Assembly: GCA_046262115.1 (NCBI GenBank)
Contig: JBHENJ010000067.1
Coordinates: 2,211-66,210 of the forward strand
DNA: 64,000 bases
DNA from: Candidatus Limnocylindria bacterium
Lineage (GTDB): Bacteria; Chloroflexota; Limnocylindria; QHBO01
Reading direction: 5' to 3'
Both the position numbers and the translations under genes were made by a program. The notes under the pieces were generated by a model. It searched no databases, was not told where the DNA came from, and was given only the letters and a program-made list of their open reading frames with translations. Position 1 is the stretch's first letter, and each line of letters starts with the position of its first letter. This document shows positions 59,161 to 64,000 of the stretch, one piece after another.

Positions 59161-59697
59161 GTGACCCTCCAGGAGACGATCGAGCAGGCGGTTCGCGACG
59201 CGATGCGCGCCGGCGATTCGGTGCGGACGTCAACGCTGCGCATGGTCCTCGCGGCCGCGCAGAACCGGCGGATCGAGGTCGGCCGGGCGCTGGACGACGC
59301 GGAGATGACACAGGTCGTCGCGAAGCAGGCGAAGCAGCGCCGCGAGAGCATCGAGCACTTCCGTGCCGCCGGCCGCATCGAGCTCGCGGAAAAGGAGGAG
59401 TCCGAGCTCGCCGTGCTCGGTGAGTTCCTGCCGCAGCAGCTCACGCCGAGCGAGCTCGAGCGGATGGCCCGCGACGCCGTCGCAGCCAGCGGCGCATCGA
59501 CCCCCGCCGAGCTCGGCCGCGTCATGGCGCTGCTCGCGCCACAGGTCAAGGGCCGTGCCGACGGCCGAGAGGTTTCCGAGATCGTGCGGCGGCTGCTCGC
59601 CGGCGATGCCGCCGACGCGGGCCCGGGACCGGTCCCGACGAGTTCCGACGCTTCACCGCCGCCGGCTCCGACGGGGACGGCGCGCGAGACCGGCTGA
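59161..59697 (+). CDS. GatB/YqeY-domain protein
   Basis: The YqeY fold pattern is present. It follows rpsU, as in Bacillus. Confidence 0.7.
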   Translation: MTLQETIEQAVRDAMRAGDSVRTSTLRMVLAAAQNRRIEVGRALDDAEMTQVVAKQAKQRRESIEHFRAAGRIELAEKEESELAVLGEFLPQQLTPSELERMARDAVAASGASTPAELGRVMALLAPQVKGRADGREVSEIVRRLLAGDAADAGPGPVPTSSDASPPPAPTGTARETG

Positions 59698-59702
59698 CGA
59701 AC

Positions 59703-61817
59703 GTGTTCATCCCGCGAACGCTCTCGGCGCGGCGTCAGCCCCTGCCCGTCGGGAGCTTCGCCCGCGCGGCGGCGGTGATGGTCATTCTCGCCGCGGGCCT
59801 TACCGCCGTCCTCTCGTTGAACGTCATCCCCGGGCAGTTCAGCCTGACCGAGGGCGACGTGGCGCAACAGGCGATCCAGGCGCCGCGCCGGGCGACGTTC
59901 GAGTCGTCGGTCGAGACCGACGCGGCGCGGCAGGAGGCCGAGGCGGCCGTCGAGCCCGTGTACGTTGAGATCGCGCCTCGCGCGGACATCCGCGACGCGC
60001 AGCTAACTGACCTCGACCGCCGCGCCGGCCGCGTCGAGCGACTCCTGGCGCAGGCGGCGTCAGAAGGGCCGCCAGTCGAGGAGGTAACCGCCGACCTGGC
60101 GCTCATCCTCCCCGAGGTCGACGGGGAGCTCATCGACGTCATCGCGACGCTCAGCGTCCGGCAGTGGCAATCCGTCGCCGCGTCGGCCCGCTCCGTCCTC
60201 GACGAGGCTCTGAGCGATGACGTGCCGGAGGACGATCTCGACGCGACCAGGGAGCTCGTCCGCAACCGGATCACCGCCAGTCTGCCCGAGCCGGAGCGGA
60301 CGCTGTCGGGCGAGCTGGCCGCCGCGTTCCTCACTCCCAACACGGAGATCTCGGTGGAGCAGACCGAGGCGGCGCGCCAGCGCGCCAGAGCGGCCGTGGA
60401 GCCGGTGCGCGTCGACGTTCGGCAGGGCGAGACGATCGTCCGCGAGGGCGAGCGGATCACGGCGCTCGATATCGAGACGCTGGGCCAGCTGGGACTCACC
60501 CAACCGCAGCTCGAACTCGGGACGGTGGCGGGCAACGCGTTGCTGTCGGTCGTGCTGTCGAGCGTGCTGGTGGCGTTCCTGGTGCGCCTGGAGCCCGAGA
60601 TCTGGCACCGCAACCGGACGCTGCTCCTGTTCATGCTCGCGCTGCTCGTCACCGCGGTGGCGATCAAGATCGCGGGCGGCCGGTCGATCTGGTCGTTCAT
60701 GGTCCCGTCCGTGGCTGCGGTGATGCTGATCGCGATCCTTCTCGACGGCTACACGGCAGCCGCCCTCGCCGCCGCCCTGGCGGTCATCGCCGGGACGGTG
60801 AACGGATCGTCGCTCGAGATCGCGACGGTCACGCTGGCGGGAGGCATGGTGTCGGTACTGGCGCTTTCGCGCGCCGAGCGGCTCAACGTGTTCGTGCGCG
60901 CCGGGCTCGTGCTCGCCGCCGCCAACGTGGGCATCACGCTCGGCTTCTCGCTGCTCGGCCAGCGGGACCTCGCGGGGATCGTCCAGCTCTCGGCCGTGGG
61001 GGTCGCGAACGCCGGCCTGTCCGTGATCCTCGCGGTGGGCTCATTCGCCCTGCTCGGCAACCTGTTCGGGATCAGCACCATCTTCCAGTTGCTCGAGCTC
61101 GCGAACCCGTCGTCGCCGTTGCTCCGACGGCTCCTCCTCGAGACGCCCGGGACGTATCACCACAGCGTCATGGTCGGCAATCTCGGCGAGCGCGCGGCGG
61201 AGACGATCGGCGCGGACGCGCTCCTCGTTCGCGTCGCGGCGTACTACCACGACATCGGCAAGATGAAGAACCCGCTCGCCTTCATCGAGAACCAGGCCGG
61301 CGCGCGCAACGTCCACGACGAGCTGCCGGCGGAGACGAGCGCGCGCATCATCGCCAGTCACATCCGGGACGGGATTGACCTGGGCTATCAGCACCGGCTG
61401 CCGGTCCAGATCATCGGCTTCATCCCGCAGCACCATGGCACCAGCGTGATGAGCTACTTCCACGGCAAGGCGGTCCGCGAGGTCGATGCATTCCGCGACC
61501 GACCGGTCGACGAGTCGCGGTTCCGGTATCCCGGCCCCAAGCCGCAGAGCCGCGAGGCGGCGATCCTGATGCTGGCCGATGGGGTGGAGGCATCGGTCCG
61601 TTCGATCGACGACAAGGATGAGCGCTCCATCCGGGCGATGGTCGACCGCATCGTCGACGCCCGCGTCGAGGACGGGCAGCTGGACGATGCCGATCTGACC
61701 CTGAAGGACATCCGCCACATCAAGGAGGCGTTCGTCCAGCAACTCCTCGGGATGTACCACGCGCGGATCAAGTACCCGGAGAACGTCGTACCGCTCGAGC
61801 GCCGCGGCGTGGGCTGA
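59703..61817 (+). CDS. 7TM-receptor with intracellular HD-GYP-like HD hydrolase domain (YqfF/7TM-HD family)
   Basis: A 7TM region and the HD domain motif HHSVMVGNLGERAAETIGADALLVRVAAYYHDIGK. Confidence 0.8.
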   Translation: MFIPRTLSARRQPLPVGSFARAAAVMVILAAGLTAVLSLNVIPGQFSLTEGDVAQQAIQAPRRATFESSVETDAARQEAEAAVEPVYVEIAPRADIRDAQLTDLDRRAGRVERLLAQAASEGPPVEEVTADLALILPEVDGELIDVIATLSVRQWQSVAASARSVLDEALSDDVPEDDLDATRELVRNRITASLPEPERTLSGELAAAFLTPNTEISVEQTEAARQRARAAVEPVRVDVRQGETIVREGERITALDIETLGQLGLTQPQLELGTVAGNALLSVVLSSVLVAFLVRLEPEIWHRNRTLLLFMLALLVTAVAIKIAGGRSIWSFMVPSVAAVMLIAILLDGYTAAALAAALAVIAGTVNGSSLEIATVTLAGGMVSVLALSRAERLNVFVRAGLVLAAANVGITLGFSLLGQRDLAGIVQLSAVGVANAGLSVILAVGSFALLGNLFGISTIFQLLELANPSSPLLRRLLLETPGTYHHSVMVGNLGERAAETIGADALLVRVAAYYHDIGKMKNPLAFIENQAGARNVHDELPAETSARIIASHIRDGIDLGYQHRLPVQIIGFIPQHHGTSVMSYFHGKAVREVDAFRDRPVDESRFRYPGPKPQSREAAILMLADGVEASVRSIDDKDERSIRAMVDRIVDARVEDGQLDDADLTLKDIRHIKEAFVQQLLGMYHARIKYPENVVPLERRGVG

Positions 61818-61861
61818 TCGGCTCGCCGCACCGGTTGCGGGCGGGGCCTACGATACGCCCG

Positions 61862-62452
61862 ATGGGTGGGGCGGTCACGGTCCACGATCGGGTCGGCGGG
61901 CAGCGCCTCGCCGCTGCGATGGAACCGCTCTCCGCCGCCGAGGGCCTCCGGGTGGTCGAGACGGCGATCCTCGGGACAGCCGCAGCGTGTCTCGGCTCCG
62001 CGCCTGTCGAGGTGGAGCTGACGCTCTGCGCGGACGCGGAGATGGAGCGCCTGAACTTCGATCACATGGGCGAGCGCGGGCCGACGGACGTGCTGGCCTT
62101 TCCGCTGCACAGCTGGACCGTGGACGGCGGCCGCTCGCACCTCGACGAGGACGACGGCGCCGCGCCCCCGGGGCGCGGCGTGCTGCTCGGCGACGTCGTC
62201 ATCGACCTCGACCAGGCGGTGCGCCAGGCGGTCGACGGCGACTGGACCGTGGTCGAGGAGGTCGCGCTCCTAGCGGTCCACGGCACGCTCCACCTCCTGG
62301 GCCACGACCACGCCGACATCGCTGAAGAGGAGGCGATGCGCGCCGCGGAGCACACCGTGCTCAATGCCCTCCGGCGCCGCTACCGCAACGTCGACTGGCA
62401 GCCCGGCTCGCTCTTCGATCGCCCCGGGCACGCGGTGATGAGCGGGACGTAG
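61862..62452 (+). CDS. ybeY: Endoribonuclease YbeY (rRNA maturation)
   Basis: The zinc motif HGTLHLLGHDH. I start at the ATG at 61862. Confidence 0.8.
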   Translation: MGGAVTVHDRVGGQRLAAAMEPLSAAEGLRVVETAILGTAAACLGSAPVEVELTLCADAEMERLNFDHMGERGPTDVLAFPLHSWTVDGGRSHLDEDDGAAPPGRGVLLGDVVIDLDQAVRQAVDGDWTVVEEVALLAVHGTLHLLGHDHADIAEEEAMRAAEHTVLNALRRRYRNVDWQPGSLFDRPGHAVMSGT

Positions 62453-62482
62453 ACCCTCTCGCGCTCGGCTAGCATCGGGCGC

Positions 62483-63067
62483 GTGAAGATCATCTGCGGA
62501 CTCGGCAATCCGGGGGAGCGTTACCGGCTCACGCGGCACAACGTCGGGTTCCGTGTCGTCGACCTTCTCGCCGATCGCTGGGGCGTGCGCGACGGGCGCG
62601 TCCGGGACGGTGCGGCGGTGCTCAGCGTCGCCCGCCCAGAGCCGGTGGGCGGAGTCCTGCTCGTTAAACCCCTCAAGCATATGAACCTCTCCGGCCGGCC
62701 GCTCGCGGCCGCGGTTCGCAACACCGGCGCGGAACCGGAGACGGATCTTCTCGTCGTGGTCGACGACATCGACCTTCCACTTGGACGCCTGCGGATCCGG
62801 CCGTTCGGGTCTGCCGGAGGGCACAACGGAGTGCGCGACATCATTGCCGCGCTGGGCACCGACCGATTCGCGCGGTTGCGGGTCGGGATCGGGCGGAGCG
62901 GTGACGCCGTCGACCACGTGCTGTCGACCTTCAAGCGATCCGAGCATTCCATCGCGGCCGAGGTTCTCGCAAGCGCAGCAGATGCGGTCGAGGCGTGGCT
63001 GCTGCACGGCGTCGAAGACGCGATGAACGCGTTCAACGGAGTCGACCTGGCAGCCGCCGCCTCGTGA
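62483..63067 (+). CDS. pth: Peptidyl-tRNA hydrolase
   Basis: GLGNPG...HNVG are the Pth motifs. Confidence 0.85.
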   Translation: MKIICGLGNPGERYRLTRHNVGFRVVDLLADRWGVRDGRVRDGAAVLSVARPEPVGGVLLVKPLKHMNLSGRPLAAAVRNTGAEPETDLLVVVDDIDLPLGRLRIRPFGSAGGHNGVRDIIAALGTDRFARLRVGIGRSGDAVDHVLSTFKRSEHSIAAEVLASAADAVEAWLLHGVEDAMNAFNGVDLAAAAS

Positions 63068-64000
63068 CCACGGCGAGCGGGACACGACCGGCGCACCGCG
63101 CGTCCGCGCCCGATACCGATCGGTCTCCGGGCGGCGGTCACGGCCGGCTCGGTGCGCTGACGTCGCTGCTGGCCGACGCCTTGACCGAGCCCGCGCCGGG
63201 ACGGGCCGGCGAAGCCACGGTACCGGCCGCGGCTCGAGCGGCGTATCTGGCGGCACGCCGCCGCGGGCTGCGCGACGGCATCCCACTCGTCGTGGTGGTC
63301 CGCAACGAAGAAGAGGCGTACCGGCTGACCGACGATCTCGCCGCCTGGCTGGCCGGCGGCGGCGTGCACGTGTTGCCGGAACGCGGGGCCCTCCCGCTGG
63401 AGCGGGCGCTGCCCGAGCGTGAGGAGTCGGCAGCGCGGCTGGAAGTCCTGGGCCTGCTAGCAGAACGCCATCTCCGCCTGGTCGTCGTGGCACCGCTCCT
63501 CGCACTCGTGCAGCGGACCCTTTCGCCGCGACAGCTGCGCGAGTCGCGCGTCGAGTTGCGCGTCGGCGGCCGCGCCGAGCAGCACCGGCTCCTCGAGTCT
63601 CTGGTCGCCGGCGGCTACGAGGCGGCGGTCGAGGTCACCGGAGTCGGTCAATTCGCACATCGCGGCGGCATCGTCGACGTCTGGCCACCGGCCGCGCGGG
63701 ACCCGCTCCGGATCGAGCTGTTCGGCGACGAGATCGAGTCGATCCGCGCCTTCGATCCGTCCACGCAGGGCTCGCGGCGCCGCCTCGGGCGAGCGACGCT
63801 CGTTCCGGCCAGCGAGTTCCTCCCGGTCGCCGGATTCGATCGCATCCGCGCGGTCCCCGGCTCGAAGCACTCCGACGAGCTGGCCGCGGATCTCGCGCGA
63901 CTCGAGCAGGGCGACGTGGCGGAAGCGGCCGAGGTGTGGGCGCATCACCTGACCGCAGGGCCGGCGGTCGAGCACCTCCCGGAACGCGCGGAGCTGGTGC
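63064..64000 (+). CDS. mfd: Transcription-repair coupling factor Mfd, N-terminal part (runs off the window)
   Basis: The GTG start overlaps the pth stop (GTGA). The UvrB-homology module (GQFAHRGGIVDVWPP...LRIELFGDEIESIRAFDPSTQ) is present. The tool did not list this ORF because it has no stop within the window. Confidence 0.8.
   Translation, partial: MTTASGTRPAHRASAPDTDRSPGGGHGRLGALTSLLADALTEPAPGRAGEATVPAAARAAYLAARRRGLRDGIPLVVVVRNEEEAYRLTDDLAAWLAGGGVHVLPERGALPLERALPEREESAARLEVLGLLAERHLRLVVVAPLLALVQRTLSPRQLRESRVELRVGGRAEQHRLLESLVAGGYEAAVEVTGVGQFAHRGGIVDVWPPAARDPLRIELFGDEIESIRAFDPSTQGSRRRLGRATLVPASEFLPVAGFDRIRAVPGSKHSDELAADLARLEQGDVAEAAEVWAHHLTAGPAVEHLPERAELV

Overview
High-GC (~70%) chromosomal window from a Gram-positive-type (Terrabacteria) genome. 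LexA boxes are of the Cheo type (GAAC-N4-GTTC), CIRCE/HrcA elements are present, and the gene order is Bacillus-like: rpsT ... lepA-hemW-hrcA-grpE-dnaK ... dnaJ-prmA, rpsU-yqeY, 7TM-HD-ybeY and pth-mfd. Left to right the window holds an AapJQMP-like amino-acid ABC transporter operon on the minus strand, followed by a DNA-damage island. The island comprises a UdgX-type covalent uracil-DNA glycosylase placed directly downstream of tRNA-Ala(CGC), a palindromic LexA box, imuA', a truncated and split imuB, and further on a LexA-box-preceded dnaE2 with a large low-complexity insertion. A second LexA box controls a divergent pair made of an SplB-like radical-SAM gene and an RNHCP zinc-ribbon gene, next to a YcaQ/AlkZ-family DNA glycosylase and an O-methyltransferase. 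Accessory genes follow: an acyl-AMP-ligase/ACP/acyltransferase fusion, VIT1, a DmpA peptidase, a lamin-tail surface protein, VanW, a YncE-like propeller and others. The window ends with core metabolism and heat-shock genes (carAB, gap-pgk-eno, lepA, hemW, hrcA-grpE-dnaK, xthA, dnaJ, prmA, rpsU, ybeY, pth, mfd). Several accessory genes carry frameshifts (yggT-like, MBL hydrolase, alpha/beta hydrolase with at least 4 shifts, LTD surface protein, possibly imuB), whereas every housekeeping gene is intact. No CRISPR array, integrase or transposase was seen. Coordinates of motifs that I counted by hand may be off by 1-2 nt.
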